A stretch of DNA of 64,000 bases from an uncultured delta proteobacterium (GCA_963771175.1 CAVYSY010000006.1:96001-160000), one strand, 5' to 3'. Shown: positions 21,419-33,181, counted from the stretch's first letter. Notes: a model not told the origin generated them from the sequence alone. Numbers and translations: made by a program.

Positions 21419-22072
21419 ATGTCCACCGACGCCTCGACTCCCCCTGGGCCCCCGCCGCGCTCCGCCAACCGTTTCCTCTGGGTGGCGCTGGCCTCCGCCG
21501 CGTGCCTCGTGGTGCTCGCGGTGGGCCTGCTGCGCACGCGCGAGCAGCCGCCCCTGGAGCGCTATGGCCGGCTCCCGGCCTTCACCTTCACCCGCCAGGA
21601 CGGCCAGCCCTTCGGGCTCCAGCAGCTCCAGGGCCGTCCCTGGGTGGCCAACTTCATCTTCACCCGCTGCCCCACCATCTGCCCCGTCTTCACCCAGAAG
21701 ATGGCGCGCTTCCAGAAGCAGACGACGGGCCTGGGCGGACAGCTCGCGCTCGTCTCCTTCTCGGTGGACCCCGAGTACGACACCCCCGAGCGCCTCACCG
21801 CCTACGCCGCCAAATACGGCGCGGACCCGGCCCGCTGGAGCTTCCTCACCGGAGACTACAACCAGCTCAAGGACATCATCGTCGGCGGCTTCAAGATGGC
21901 CATGGGCCGCGATGACGCGAACGCGCAGGAGCTCGCGAGCATCTTCCACGGCAGCCACTTCGTGCTGGTGGACCGCACCGGGGAGATTCGCGGCTACTAC
22001 AACAGCGAGCACGACGACGCGGTGGAGCGGCTGCTGCGCGACACCGAGCAGCTCGTGCGCAGCGGCGAGTAG
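21419..22072 (+). CDS. SCO1/SenC copper chaperone
   Basis: N-terminal TM, FTRCPTICP, SVDPEYDTP and the conserved His in IFHGS. Confidence 0.93.
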   Translation: MSTDASTPPGPPPRSANRFLWVALASAACLVVLAVGLLRTREQPPLERYGRLPAFTFTRQDGQPFGLQQLQGRPWVANFIFTRCPTICPVFTQKMARFQKQTTGLGGQLALVSFSVDPEYDTPERLTAYAAKYGADPARWSFLTGDYNQLKDIIVGGFKMAMGRDDANAQELASIFHGSHFVLVDRTGEIRGYYNSEHDDAVERLLRDTEQLVRSGE

Positions 22073-22096
22073 CGCCCGCGGCCCTTCCGGTGCGCG

Positions 22097-22645
<549 letters not shown>

Positions 22646-22794
22646 ACGCTCCTGGGAGAGGGGGGAGGCCGAGGGGACGAGCGGGCGGAGCCTCGTCTGA
22701 CCGCCCACCCGGAGCCGGGTTCATGACGCGGTGCTTCCAAGCCCCCTCCGCGTGCATACCTTGGCCGGAAAGGGACCTCTGGAGAGGAAGGGAC

Positions 22795-23337
22795 ATGCCG
22801 ATGAGCACGACGGGCCTGGTGGAGAGGCTGAAGGGGGCGGCGGTGAAGGTGGGCACCGAGGGGGTACGCAGGGTCGTGGAGGGCACCGTCGTGGCGGTGA
22901 AGATGATGGACCGCCTCCAGGAGTTGCTGCCCGACCGGGAGCGGGTGATGCGGGTGACGCGCGAGCCGGCCCCGGGTGCCGGACAGCTCCGGGTGGAGGG
23001 GCCCGACCTGGAGCGCCCCATCCCCGCCCGCCCCGTCAGTGCCCGTCCCGTCACCACCCGCCGCCCGGCGAAGGTGTCGCGAGTCGAGGCGAAAGCCACG
23101 GCGGAGCGCGTGCTGGCGGAGGTCGAGGCCGTGCGGGAGCGCATCAAGGAAGCCCGCCCCGCGCGGCGCCCCCTGAAGGTCCGGTCCGACGTGGAGCTGC
23201 CGGAGGACACGCCGAAGCAGCGCAAGACGGCCCGGACGACGGGTCGCAAGACGAGTCCCCTGGCGGCCTCGGCCCCCAAGCGTGTCACGGCGAAGGCGGG
23301 CCTCAAGGCGAAGCGCGGACAGAAGCTCCGCCACTGA
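22795..23337 (+). CDS. Hypothetical basic protein with a Lys/Arg-rich tail
   Basis: RBS-like GAGGAAGGGA; C-terminus KRVTAKAGLKAKRGQKLRH. Confidence 0.65.
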   Translation: MPMSTTGLVERLKGAAVKVGTEGVRRVVEGTVVAVKMMDRLQELLPDRERVMRVTREPAPGAGQLRVEGPDLERPIPARPVSARPVTTRRPAKVSRVEAKATAERVLAEVEAVRERIKEARPARRPLKVRSDVELPEDTPKQRKTARTTGRKTSPLAASAPKRVTAKAGLKAKRGQKLRH

Positions 23338-23351
23338 GCCGCCGGCCCGAG

Positions 23352-23933
23352 CTACCTGCGCGTCACCTTCGGCGAGGCGGTGGCGCGCGGAACCACCTTG
23401 CTGCGCATCCGCGAGCTCTTCATGGAAATGCCCGAGGCCTTCATCTGCGCGGCCTTCTCGGCGGCGAGCCGCTCGGCCTCGGCCTTGCGAGCGGTCTCGT
23501 CGGCGGCGAGCCGGGCGCGGTACTGGACGAGCGTCTCGCGCATTCCCTCGGCGGTGAGGTCCACCCGGGCCAGGTGCAGCCGGTAGAGCAGGTCCTCGCG
23601 GAGGGTGCCCTTGCCGCGCGCCTGCTCCACGGCGCCCGAGAGGCCGACGACGACCTTGGGCCGCTCCTCCTGCGTCTGCAGGCAGCGGACGATGAGCCCC
23701 TGGACCTGGGGATTGAGCTTGGACACGTCGGGGATGAACACCACCCCCCGGGGCTTGCGCAGCGCCTCGCTCACCAGCTCGGGCTGGCGGACCTCCACCA
23801 ACGGCCCCTCGTGGGAAAAGCTCCTCGCGGCGGCCGCCGCCCAGGTGCGCCGCTCGTCTTCCGTTCCCCCGGTCAACAGCACCGAGGCCCGGTTCGCCAC
23901 GAGCTCCTCTTCGCGATAACCCCGCGGTGTCAA
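23352..23933 (-). CDS. Truncated sigma54-activator-like AAA protein
   Basis: TTG start after GGGGGAGG; ASVLLTGG and GTLREDLLYRL; no GAFTGA and no intact Walker A. Confidence 0.7.
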   Translation of the reverse strand: MTPRGYREEELVANRASVLLTGGTEDERRTWAAAAARSFSHEGPLVEVRQPELVSEALRKPRGVVFIPDVSKLNPQVQGLIVRCLQTQEERPKVVVGLSGAVEQARGKGTLREDLLYRLHLARVDLTAEGMRETLVQYRARLAADETARKAEAERLAAEKAAQMKASGISMKSSRMRSKVVPRATASPKVTRR

Positions 23934-24025
23934 AGGCAGACCTCCCCCGTCATTGACTGCGTTGACAAAGCCTAACGCAAATCGGGTTTCTCGTCGAATC
24001 CCCCCAAGCACGCCAGGGCCGATAC

Positions 24026-25385
24026 TCAGGCGTGGAGGACCATGACGGGCCGCCGGCACTTCGCCACCAGGGCCCGGGCCACCGACTCGCTGAAGAAACC
24101 GGAATGACCCGGTGCGTCGGAAGTCCCCAGGCACACCAGGTCCACGCCCTCGCGCTCGGTGGCCTGGCAGATGGCGCGGGCCACGTCGTCGCCGGTGACG
24201 CCCTCCATCGTCCAGTGCACCTCCCGGGCCCCCTCCTCCCGGGGCACCAGCGAGCGCAGCCGCTCCATCACCCCCGAGCGCTCCGCCGGGGGCTCGGGCA
24301 CCACGCCGTATTGGTCCATCACCCACGCGCGCTCCGAGCCCCGACGCCGGTGCACGTGCAGCAGGTGCACCCGCCCCCCGGGACGCACCAGCGAGCGGGC
24401 CTGGGCGATGGCGCGAGCACTGGCCTCGGAGAAGTCCACCGGCACCAGCACGGCGCGCGGCGGCACGGCCTTGCGGGCCAGCGGCTGGGTGGGAGGCACG
24501 CACGCCACGGACTGCTCGGCATGGCGCAGCACGCCCGCGGACACCGAGCCATGCCACAGCCGCGCCATCCCCCCGCGCTGGTGCGTCCCCACCACGACGA
24601 GGTCCACCCGCGCGCGCGTGCGCCACGTGCAGCAGGTGGTCCGCGGGGCGACCGAAGCCGGGCTCCAGGTGCAGCTCCAACCGGCCCTCGCCGGGGAGCT
24701 CTCCCACCCGCTCGGCCAGCTCGCGCAGCAGCACGCGCTCCACCTCGGGGTCCAACACCTCGATGCGGCGAACCCCCGGGTCGAGCAGCTCCAGGTGCAC
24801 GGGGGTGTGGATGCCCAGCCGCTCGCGCTCCTCCACGGGCGAGCACACGGAGACGGCCACCACGTCACAGGGGCCCACGCGGCGCAGCTCGTGCAGCCAG
24901 GCGAGGGCGGCGGCGGCGGTGGGCGAGTCATCCGCCCCGACGAGCGTCAGCAACCGGCGCCGGCCTCGCGCCCAGTCGAGGAGCGACTCCCCATCGCGGC
25001 GCACCACCAGCACCGGCCCATGGGCATGCTGCGCGACGCGCTCGTACACGGGGGCGCGACGCCAGGAGACGGGGCTCCAGCCCTCGGCGGCGAGGAGGAG
25101 CAGCCGGGCACCGCGGACGAGCTCGTCCTCGAGAAGCACGGTGCCAGGAGGGCCCTCCAGCAGCCGCACGTCCACCTGGAGACCCGGGGTGCGCAGCCGG
25201 GCGGCCTCGGCCTGGAGACGTCCGCGCGCCTCCTCCTGGGTGACGGGGGCCTCGGGAGCGGGGCGCTCCCGGTCGAGCACGCCGAGGAGCCACAGCGACT
25301 CCCCCAGCCGGGCGGCGATGGCCGCCGAGGCGGTGGCGGCGCGGGCCGCCGGTTCCGACAGATTCGTGACGCAGACCACCGGCAT
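24026..25385 (-). CDS. Universal stress protein (three USP domains); frameshift near 24615
   Basis: VVCVTNLS, DLVVVGTHQRGG...GSVS, VLVPVDFSEAS and ESVARALV..PVMV. Confidence 0.88.
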
Positions 25386-25566
25386 GACGGCCTCCCACAG
25401 CGGGCGGACCCTTCACAGGGAAAACCCGCGCCGCAAGGATGACCATCGAGGGATGGCGGTGGAGCCCCCCCTCCCCGTGTCCTCGCGAGCACGTCCCTCC
25501 CCCCTCCCACCGGGAGCGGAGAAGAGAGGGAGGGAGGCTCGGGTGCCGGGAATACGGGGCGCGGAG

Positions 25567-25980
25567 CTACTTCGGCAGCAGCACCGAGTGCCCGTCGTAT
25601 TGGGTGTGGTCCTGGTTGACCCCGTTGCCGCCGCGCAACCCATCCTGCCCGTTGTCCTGCAGGAAGGGCCGCTGCCCGTCGCTGGCATAGAGGTACGGGC
25701 GACCCCAGGGGTTCTGCGGCACGGCCGGGAGGTACTTGGGCACGAGGAAGGAGAGGTCTCCCTCCTCGGGCAGGGAGCCGTGCTCGGCGCGGTAGGCCTC
25801 GAGGGCCGCGAGCACCCGGGTGAAGTCCGCGTGCACCTGGACCGCGGCGGGGTCGTGCTTGCCGCGGAGGCCGAGCACCACGATGACGCCGAGGAGCAGC
25901 AAGGCGATCGGCACGACAAAGAGCATCAGGTGGGGGCGGCGGCGTGGCGTCACGGAGACCTCTCGGCCCACGCCTACCAC
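25567..25980 (-). CDS. GspG-like pseudopilin (T2SSG domain); start uncertain
   Basis: TM segment, [17 protein letters not shown] and [10 protein letters not shown]. Confidence 0.75.
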   Translation of the reverse strand: MVGVGREVSVTPRRRPHLMLFVVPIALLLLGVIVVLGLRGKHDPAAVQVHADFTRVLAALEAYRAEHGSLPEEGDLSFLVPKYLPAVPQNPWGRPYLYASDGQRPFLQDNGQDGLRGGNGVNQDHTQYDGHSVLLPK

Positions 25981-27533
25981 AGCGCGCGGAAGAGCGGCAC
26001 CGGATGTGGCTTGCCCTTGAGGCGCACGGGGGGCAGCTCCTCGAAGCCCGCCTCGTGACCGGCCAGCAGGGCGACGGTGCGCTCGCCCACCAGGATTTCA
26101 CCCGGCCCGGCCAGGGCGCACAGGCGCGCGGCCACGTTCACCGCGTCGCCGATGCAGGTGTACTCGGTGCGCATGGCGCCGCCGATGTTGCCGGCCACCA
26201 CCATGCCCGAGTTGATGCCGATGCCCAGCTCGAGCGTGAGGGGCGGCCCTCGCGGGTGGCGGCCCACTCGGCCCGGGCGCGCTCCTTCAGCTCGACCTGA
26301 GGCCATCATCATCTTCGCGGACTGCAGCGCGCGCAGCGGGTCGTCCGCGCGGCCCACCGGGCGCGCCGAAGACGGCCATCAGCCCGTCGCCGAGGAACTT
26401 GTCCAGCGTGCCGCCGCAGGTCGAGCACCGCGTCGGACAGCCCGCCCAGCACCTGGTTGAGCACGCCGCACCACCTGCTCTGGCGGGAGGCTGCTCGGCG
26501 AGCCCGGTGAAGTTGCGGATGTCGGCGAAGAGGACGGTCACCTCGCGCTTCTCGCCGGTGAGCACCACCGCGTCGGGGCTCTTGAGAATCTCCTCCACCA
26601 CCGCGTCGGAGGTGTAGCGGGCGAAGAGCTTGCGCATCCGCTCCGTCTCGCCGGTGCGGCGCATGACGCTCTCAATGCGCGCGGCGAGCTCGTCCATGGA
26701 GGCGCACTTGTTGACGTAGTCGTCGGCGCCGGCGCGCAGGCCCTTCACCCGCTCGGTGTCGGTGTCGTTGGCGGTGAGGATGATGACGGGCACCGCGCCG
26801 GGTGGGGCCTTCCTTGAGGCGCCGGCACAGCTCCATGCCGTCGAGGCCGGGCATGTCCAGGTCGGTCAGGACGATGGCCGGCTGCACCTTGCCCACGCTG
26901 CTCCAGGGCCTCGTAGGGGTCCTGGAAGCACACCACCTCGTAGCCGAGCGACACGAGGCCCTCCTGCACGAAGGCGCAGGCCAGGGGGCTGTCGTCCACC
27001 ACCATGACGCGGTGGTGGCCCCCCTCCTGCGCCGGCACGCTCGGGGTGGCCTCCTGACGGCCGGCGAGGCGGCCCTGGAGGCTGAGGCCCTCGTAGAGCT
27101 GCTTGTAGGAGCAGAACCCGTTCTGCACGAGGATTTCGCCCAGCTTGCGGCCGGTGCGGCGCTGGAGGGCGAGCGCCTCGTCGAGCTGCGACTCGGTGAG
27201 GTACTTGAGGCCCACGAGCAGCTCGCCCAGCGGGGGATGGTCGGGGGCGGAGCCCTGGGGCGCGTGGTGCAGGCCGAGCGCCTCGCCGAGGGCGTCCTGA
27301 ATCTGCTGGCGGGTGACGTAGCCGAGCGAGATGAGGGCCTCGCCGAGCCGCTGGCCATTGAGGGACTGAAGGGCGAGGGCCTCCTCAATCTGATTGGGCG
27401 TGACGATGCCGAGCTTGAGCAGGAGCTCGCCGAAGAGAGGGCTGTCCGCGCGAACCGCGGGGCGGTTGCCGCCATCGGCGCGCGCAGCGGGCGCCAGGGG
27501 CTCCAGGACAGGACGGGTCAACGGGCTCTCCAC
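25974..27533 (-). CDS. MshEN-repeat / response regulator / class III adenylate-guanylate cyclase; several frameshifts
   Basis: [14 protein letters not shown] repeats; REC (VVDDS, TDLDMP, GADDYV); cyclase [33 protein letters not shown]. Confidence 0.88.
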
Positions 27534-27676
27534 CTTCCGAAAAGGGTGACTCCGGGGTCACAGCGTACCCCAGCCTCCCGGGTGGAGAAATCCGCAGTCA
27601 CACTCCCCCGCCCGGTCTCCAGGCGAGCATCGGAAACCTCGCGAACCCCGCCCTCTCCGGATAAGGGCCCCGTGCC

Positions 27677-30541
27677 CTACCCCCGAGGCAGCTCCACGGT
27701 GAAGGTGGAGCCCTCGCCCGGAGCGCTCCGCACGAGGATGTGGCCGCCGTGGGACTCGATGATTTCGCGCGAAATCCACAGCCCCAGGCCGAGCCCCTGG
27801 AACTCCTTGCTCGTCACCGCGCGCTCGAAGCGGTCGAAGATGCGGGACTGGTCCTCGGGGGCGATGCCAATCCCGGAGTCCTTCACCACCAGCCGGACGA
27901 GCCCCTCGCCCGCGGACTCCACACGCACCTCCACCGGCTGGCCGCGCCCGTACTTGGCCGCGTTGGACAGCAGGTTGCCCACCACCTGCTCCAGCCGCAC
28001 CCGGTCCCAGCGCCCCACCACCTGCGCGTCCGCCACCAGCTTCACCTCGCTGCCCGCGCGGGCGAGCGCCTCGGACATGCGCCCCACCGCGTCGCGAGTG
28101 AGCGCCGCCAGGTCCACCTCCTCGCGCTCCAGCTTCATCCGCCCCGCGGTGATGCGGCCCGCGTCCAGCAACTCGTCGATGAGCGCGCCGAGCCGCTCGC
28201 TGGTGCGCTCGGCCTTCTCCACGCGCTGGGCCAGCCCCGGCGTGGTGGCCACGTCCCGCGCCACGCGCGCCAGCATCTGGATTTGCAGCCGCAGCGCGCT
28301 CAGCGGCGTCTTCAGCTCGTGTCCCGCCACCGAGAGGAAGTCGTCGCGCAACCGCACCGCCTCGGTGGCCGCGCCGTACAGCCGCGCGTCCTCGATGGCC
28401 AGCGCCGCCCGCTCCGCCAGACTCTGGAGGAGCATCTGGTCCTCCTCGTTGAAGGGGCGGCCCCCGGCCACGTCCCGCACCACGCCCAGGGTGCCGAACA
28501 CCCGCCCCTTGGCCGCCAGCGGCACCACCAGCAGGCTCTGCGGGCCGTAGCGCTCCAGATAGGGCAGGTACTCCGGCAGCGAGCCCATGGAGCGCGCATC
28601 GTCCATATCCACGTCCGGCAGCAGCACCGCGCGCCCCTGGGACACGACGGTGCCGTGGAGCCCCTCGCCCAGCCCCTGCCGGCGCGCGTGCACCGTGCCG
28701 GCCAGCAACCAGCGCGCCTCCGGGTCCGGGTGGTGGATGGTGACGGGCTCCAGGAAGGCCCCGTCCTCGGCCATGAGCTGCAACACGCACCCGTCGCCGA
28801 TGACCTCGGACACCTTGCGCGCAATCACATCCAGCACCGCGGGCAGGTCCAACCCCGCCTCGGCCAGCAGCCGATCCACCTCCACGAGGATGCGCAGGCG
28901 CGCGGCGTTCCACCGGGACTCGGCCTCCGCGGCCCGGGCCTTGCGCAGCAGGCGCGCGTTGTCGATGGCCATCCCCGCGCGCGCCGCCAGGTCCTCCGCC
29001 AGCGAGCGGTCCGCATCGGTGAAGGGCTCTCGCGCCGGCCCGCGCACGAAGGACATGGCCCCCAGGGTGCGCTGGCGCGCCATCAGCGGCACGATGATGA
29101 ACGAGCCCCCCGCTGGCTTCTCCCCGGACCGGTCCTCCTCCTTCCGCGTGAAGGGAGGCACCAGCCCGGTGACGAGCTGCGAGCGTCCGGTGCGCACCAC
29201 GTCCGTGATGGCCGAGGGCCTCGCGCGCTCCGGGGAGTAGCCTTCAATCTCGTCATGCAGCAGCCCGCGCTCGGGCCGCGAGTGCTGCACGGTGAGCCGC
29301 CGCAGGGCGCCGCGGTCGTCGAGGAAGTCCACCGCGCACCAGTCCGAGAAGCCCCCCACCGCGAGCCGAGCCACCCCGGCCACCGTCGTCTCCCACTCCA
29401 GCGAGCCGGACAGCAGCACGCCCGCGTCCGCCAGCAGTTGCAGCCGCTGCCCGGCGGCCTCGGCCTGGAGCCGCGCCTCGCGCTCGTTCTCGTACAGGCG
29501 CGCCCGCTCCAGGGCCTGCGCGCACTGGCGGGCCAGCCCCAGCATGAGGGTGCGCTCCAGCTCGGTGAAGCGCCGCGCCTGCGCGAAGCCGAAGGCCAGC
29601 ACGCCCAGGCAGCGGTGCTCCACCATCAACGGTAGGAAGGCGAAGGCCTGCCGGGACAGGAGCGTCATGAGCGGGGCGAAGCCGGGGTAGCGCGCGCGCG
29701 CGTCCTCCGGCGACTCCACCCACACCGGCAGGCCGCGCGTCGCCTCGTCGAAGCCGGGCACGTCCGAGCGCAGGGGCATCTTCCGGAAGGGGGCCACCTC
29801 CTCCTCGCCGCAGCCCACCACGGCGATCAGCTCCACCGACTTCCCATCCGCCGAGGCCTGGTGCACGGTGCCGCCCACCGCGCCCACGGCGGGCACGCCC
29901 AGCTCCAGCACGGCGCGCCCCACGTCCTCGCGGGTGAGGGCGCGACCGAAGGCCTCCGTCACCGCCTGGATGCTGGTGAGGCGCAGCAGCTCGGCCTGCT
30001 CGGCCTCGGCACGGGCCTGCAGCGCGGCGGTGCGCCCGGACTCCACCAGCCGACCGCGCTCGATGGCCAGCCCCGCGAGCTGCGCGTACAGGGTGAAGCG
30101 CCGCGTCTCCTCCGGGCAGAAGACGCGCGGCACGGGCGACACCCCCAGCAGCGTGCCCACGCAGCTCCCATTCGAGGCCAGCACCGGCAGGGCCAGCAGC
30201 GACGAGGCCCCCAGCCGCTCCACCGTGGCGGCGAACGCGTGCTCCATCCTCGACTCGCCCAGGTGGAACTCCAACGGGGTGGACTCCAGACGCCCCTGCT
30301 CCAGCAGCCACCGCGCACACGCGGCCACCGCCTCGGGCGGCAGCCCGGGCGAGGCTTGGGTCAACAACGCCCCGGCTGGCTCCCTCCAGGCGATGGCCGC
30401 GCGCTCCAGGCCGAGAGAGGCCGCGGAGCACCGCGCCACCTCCGCCAGCACGGCCGTCGCCGATGAAGCGGACGCGAGCTGCTCCAGCGCGCGCGAGATG
30501 CGCTCCACCGCCGCGACCAGACTGCCTCCGGGCATGTGCAT
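27677..30541 (-). CDS. Multi-GAF sensor histidine kinase
   Basis: Four GAF-like segments, AGHELKTPL, NAAKYG, DSGIGI and GLGLGL. Confidence 0.95.
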   Translation of the reverse strand: MHMPGGSLVAAVERISRALEQLASASSATAVLAEVARCSAASLGLERAAIAWREPAGALLTQASPGLPPEAVAACARWLLEQGRLESTPLEFHLGESRMEHAFAATVERLGASSLLALPVLASNGSCVGTLLGVSPVPRVFCPEETRRFTLYAQLAGLAIERGRLVESGRTAALQARAEAEQAELLRLTSIQAVTEAFGRALTREDVGRAVLELGVPAVGAVGGTVHQASADGKSVELIAVVGCGEEEVAPFRKMPLRSDVPGFDEATRGLPVWVESPEDARARYPGFAPLMTLLSRQAFAFLPLMVEHRCLGVLAFGFAQARRFTELERTLMLGLARQCAQALERARLYENEREARLQAEAAGQRLQLLADAGVLLSGSLEWETTVAGVARLAVGGFSDWCAVDFLDDRGALRRLTVQHSRPERGLLHDEIEGYSPERARPSAITDVVRTGRSQLVTGLVPPFTRKEEDRSGEKPAGGSFIIVPLMARQRTLGAMSFVRGPAREPFTDADRSLAEDLAARAGMAIDNARLLRKARAAEAESRWNAARLRILVEVDRLLAEAGLDLPAVLDVIARKVSEVIGDGCVLQLMAEDGAFLEPVTIHHPDPEARWLLAGTVHARRQGLGEGLHGTVVSQGRAVLLPDVDMDDARSMGSLPEYLPYLERYGPQSLLVVPLAAKGRVFGTLGVVRDVAGGRPFNEEDQMLLQSLAERAALAIEDARLYGAATEAVRLRDDFLSVAGHELKTPLSALRLQIQMLARVARDVATTPGLAQRVEKAERTSERLGALIDELLDAGRITAGRMKLEREEVDLAALTRDAVGRMSEALARAGSEVKLVADAQVVGRWDRVRLEQVVGNLLSNAAKYGRGQPVEVRVESAGEGLVRLVVKDSGIGIAPEDQSRIFDRFERAVTSKEFQGLGLGLWISREIIESHGGHILVRSAPGEGSTFTVELPRG

Positions 30542-30687
30542 GCCCCACCCCCCAGCCCGATCCACACCAGCACCGGGCGTGAAGAGGAGTTTTCCATGAT
30601 TTCCCGCCGTCGCCCACCCGCGCCCGAGCGGAGCGTCCGCTACAGGATGAACGGAAACCTCCGTTCTGTCCGGGCGTCCACCACCGC

Positions 30688-31809
30688 TCAGTGCTCTACG
30701 ACACTGAGGAGGGCGAAGACGATCTCCAGGACGATGAGGAGCACGACGGTGAGCTCGAGGGTGTGGCTTCTATCCGTGTCCACCTCGCCCTTGAGCAGCC
30801 CGTAGGTCTGGGCGAGGAGCTGCTGCTTGCGCGTCACCGAGGCCTGCCAGGCGGGGATGCGCATGCGCTTGACGGCGGCCTCGTACACCTTGGCCAGGTA
30901 GAAATCGCCGATGATTTTGAGGCTGTTCTCCACGCGCTCGATGAACTCGTTGAGGTCCACCAGGGTGGCGAGCGTCTCGCGGGCCAGGGCGCGGTAGGGG
31001 CTGCGGAACAGGGCCCGGAAGCCATGGCGTCGAGCCTGCACCTGGTCATGGGTGCGGCCGATGTGGGCATCCAGCAGGTAGTCGTAGTAGCGGAACTCCA
31101 GGAGCTGGGCGTTGGCCACCTCCAACAAGTCCGGGATGTCGCTGGAGCCGGAGGGCTCGTAGACGAAGGCGCTGTTCCAGTCCACGACGACCAGGTCATC
31201 CACGGTGTAGCTGAAGCGGGACTGGGTGACGGACTCGCGCTCGCGCGCCGAGAGCGGCTTGTCGTCGACCTCCCCCAGCAGCACCCGGGCGAGGTCCGCG
31301 CGGGCCATCAGCTCCTCGGCGGAGGGGTTGCCCTGAATCCGCTCGACGAAGAGGACGGTGTAGCTCTCGTTCTGCTCCCACAGGTGCGGCCCCTGCACGG
31401 CGGGAGCAATCATCATCCGCACCGACTCGATGAGCTCCAGGGCGAGCTCCTCCAGGGCCACGCTGTCGTACAGCTCATCGGCGAGCGCGGTGAGCGCCTC
31501 GAAGGAGGTGCCCGAGGGGACGGGGACGCGGAGGATGATGGAGGCGGCGCCGTGGTCGAAGAGGCGCGCCGTCACGTCCACGGTGACGGGCCCGTGGCGC
31601 AGGGCGAGGGGGCGCCGCCCCAGCTCGAAGGCCAGGGGCGGGTTGGGGAGCTGGAGGTACTGGCTGTTCTCCCGGCCGAGCTTGAGGCGGCGGGTGTCCG
31701 AGGTGAGGACGCGGCGGGCCTGCTCGAGGTTGAGCTCCTCGGCGATGTCAAAGGTGCGGTAACAGAGGACGTGAGCCTTCTCGAAGACGAGCGGAGCCGC
31801 GGACATCAT
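30688..31809 (-). CDS. Conserved protein with a C-terminal TM (RMD1/DUF155-like)
   Basis: ANAQLLEFRYYD; C-terminus LELTVVLLIVLEI. Confidence 0.75.
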   Translation of the reverse strand: MMSAAPLVFEKAHVLCYRTFDIAEELNLEQARRVLTSDTRRLKLGRENSQYLQLPNPPLAFELGRRPLALRHGPVTVDVTARLFDHGAASIILRVPVPSGTSFEALTALADELYDSVALEELALELIESVRMMIAPAVQGPHLWEQNESYTVLFVERIQGNPSAEELMARADLARVLLGEVDDKPLSARERESVTQSRFSYTVDDLVVVDWNSAFVYEPSGSSDIPDLLEVANAQLLEFRYYDYLLDAHIGRTHDQVQARRHGFRALFRSPYRALARETLATLVDLNEFIERVENSLKIIGDFYLAKVYEAAVKRMRIPAWQASVTRKQQLLAQTYGLLKGEVDTDRSHTLELTVVLLIVLEIVFALLSVVEH

Positions 31810-31830
31810 AAGAGGCCACAGCTTAGCCCC

Positions 31831-32385
31831 TCACTCGGCCCACAGGAGGCGCAACGGCAGCTCCAGCGCGCTGAAAGGTTCGGCACGAACGGTCTCCGAG
31901 CCCGAGTGCAGCTCACGCAGCGCGTAGCGACGGCCGTCGAGCTCGAGCTCCTCCAGGGTGCGGACCTCGGGGTCCACCAGCCACACGTGGCGGATGCCCT
32001 CGCGGGCGTAGAGGGGGAGGAGCTGGGCGCGCTCCTCGGGGTGGGAGAGCACCTCGCAGACCCAGTCCGGGGCGAGCGCGATGCCGGAGGAGCCCCGGGG
32101 CATGCGGGGGAGGTGCTCGCGCCGCCAGCCCATCAGGTCCGGGGCGAGGACGCTCTGGCCGAGGTGGATTTCCAACCCGGAGAGCAGGAGCCAGGAGCCG
32201 GAGACGCCGCGGCCGGCGCCGTAGGTGGAGATGAGCTCGGCGCTGAGCTGGGAGGCGGCGTAGGCATGGAGCGCGGCGGCCCGGGGGTTGAAGGGACGCA
32301 CGGCCCTCGGGAGGGCCCCCGGCCGGCGGGAGGGGTAGGCCTCGAGGTGGGCGGTGACAGGGCTTCCGAGCATCAGGGCGTTCAT
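31831..32385 (-). CDS. Uma2-family (DUF820) endonuclease-like protein, degenerate
   Basis: PDLMGWRRE, APDWVCEVLS and YAREGIRHVWLVDP. Confidence 0.8.
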   Translation of the reverse strand: MNALMLGSPVTAHLEAYPSRRPGALPRAVRPFNPRAAALHAYAASQLSAELISTYGAGRGVSGSWLLLSGLEIHLGQSVLAPDLMGWRREHLPRMPRGSSGIALAPDWVCEVLSHPEERAQLLPLYAREGIRHVWLVDPEVRTLEELELDGRRYALRELHSGSETVRAEPFSALELPLRLLWAE

Positions 32386-32429
32386 GGGGCGCCACCATGC
32401 CGGAGGGGTCTGACATGCCCGGGGGGAGG

Positions 32430-33181
32430 CTAGTCCCCGCCCTCGGGGCGGGAGAGGGCGTCGGAGAAATCCAGCTGGGTGGAGAGGCTGTCGGCGAAGC
32501 GCTGGGCGCAGTCCGGGGAGGGGCTGGGGACGAGGGCGCACTGGCGGCGGGCGAGGGCCTCGGGGCCGGAGGCGGCGCGCTCCAGCCGCTCGTTGTAGGG
32601 CTTCCAGTCGTCCTGGGAGAGCGGGCGCACGGGGAGGTCGGACTCCTCGACGTGGACGGGGGCGCGGGCGGCGGCCTGCTGGGCGCGGGTGCGGTAGGAC
32701 TGGAGGGACTCGCGGGCCTTGCGAGCCGGCTCGGCGAAGCCCTGGAGGGCCTGTCGAAGGGCCCTCCAGTCGTTGCGCGCCCAGGCATCGGCGAAGAAGC
32801 CGCGCCAGGCGAACTGCCGCTGCAGGCAGCCGCTCTCGGTGAAACCATAGCCGGTGCCCATGGAGCGCTCACCGGTGGAGAGGTCGACCCAGTGGCCTCC
32901 TCGACGGCGGCGCAGGCCTCGGCCACCCAGCGGTTGTAGTCGGCCTGCAAGGCCATCCACTCCGCAGACGGACGGGCTTCTGCTTCTTGAGGGGGAGGAG
33001 CGATCTTGTCCAGCGCCTTGTTCATGGACCTGCGCAGGCACTCGGCGCGCTGCTGCTCCACGAACTTCACTCGATATTGGAATCGGCGGCCTGCTTCGGC
33101 GGAGGGCAGGCCTTCTTCGCCCAGGCCTCGACGGGACTCGGGATTGGCGGCGAGCACGGCGGCGAGGGTGAACGCGAGCAT
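32430..33181 (-). CDS. Hypothetical secreted protein; frameshifted
   Basis: Signal [12 protein letters not shown]; continues in another frame as [16 protein letters not shown]...CLQRQF. Confidence 0.65.

Noticed and set aside
23352..25385. USP-AAA fusion ORF
   Set aside because: Artefact of a frameshift near 24615; USP ends at 24026 and the AAA-like gene has its own RBS and TTG.
25567..25980. Type II secretion operon
   Set aside because: Only a lone GspG-like domain without a clear prepilin cleavage motif; no other gsp genes.
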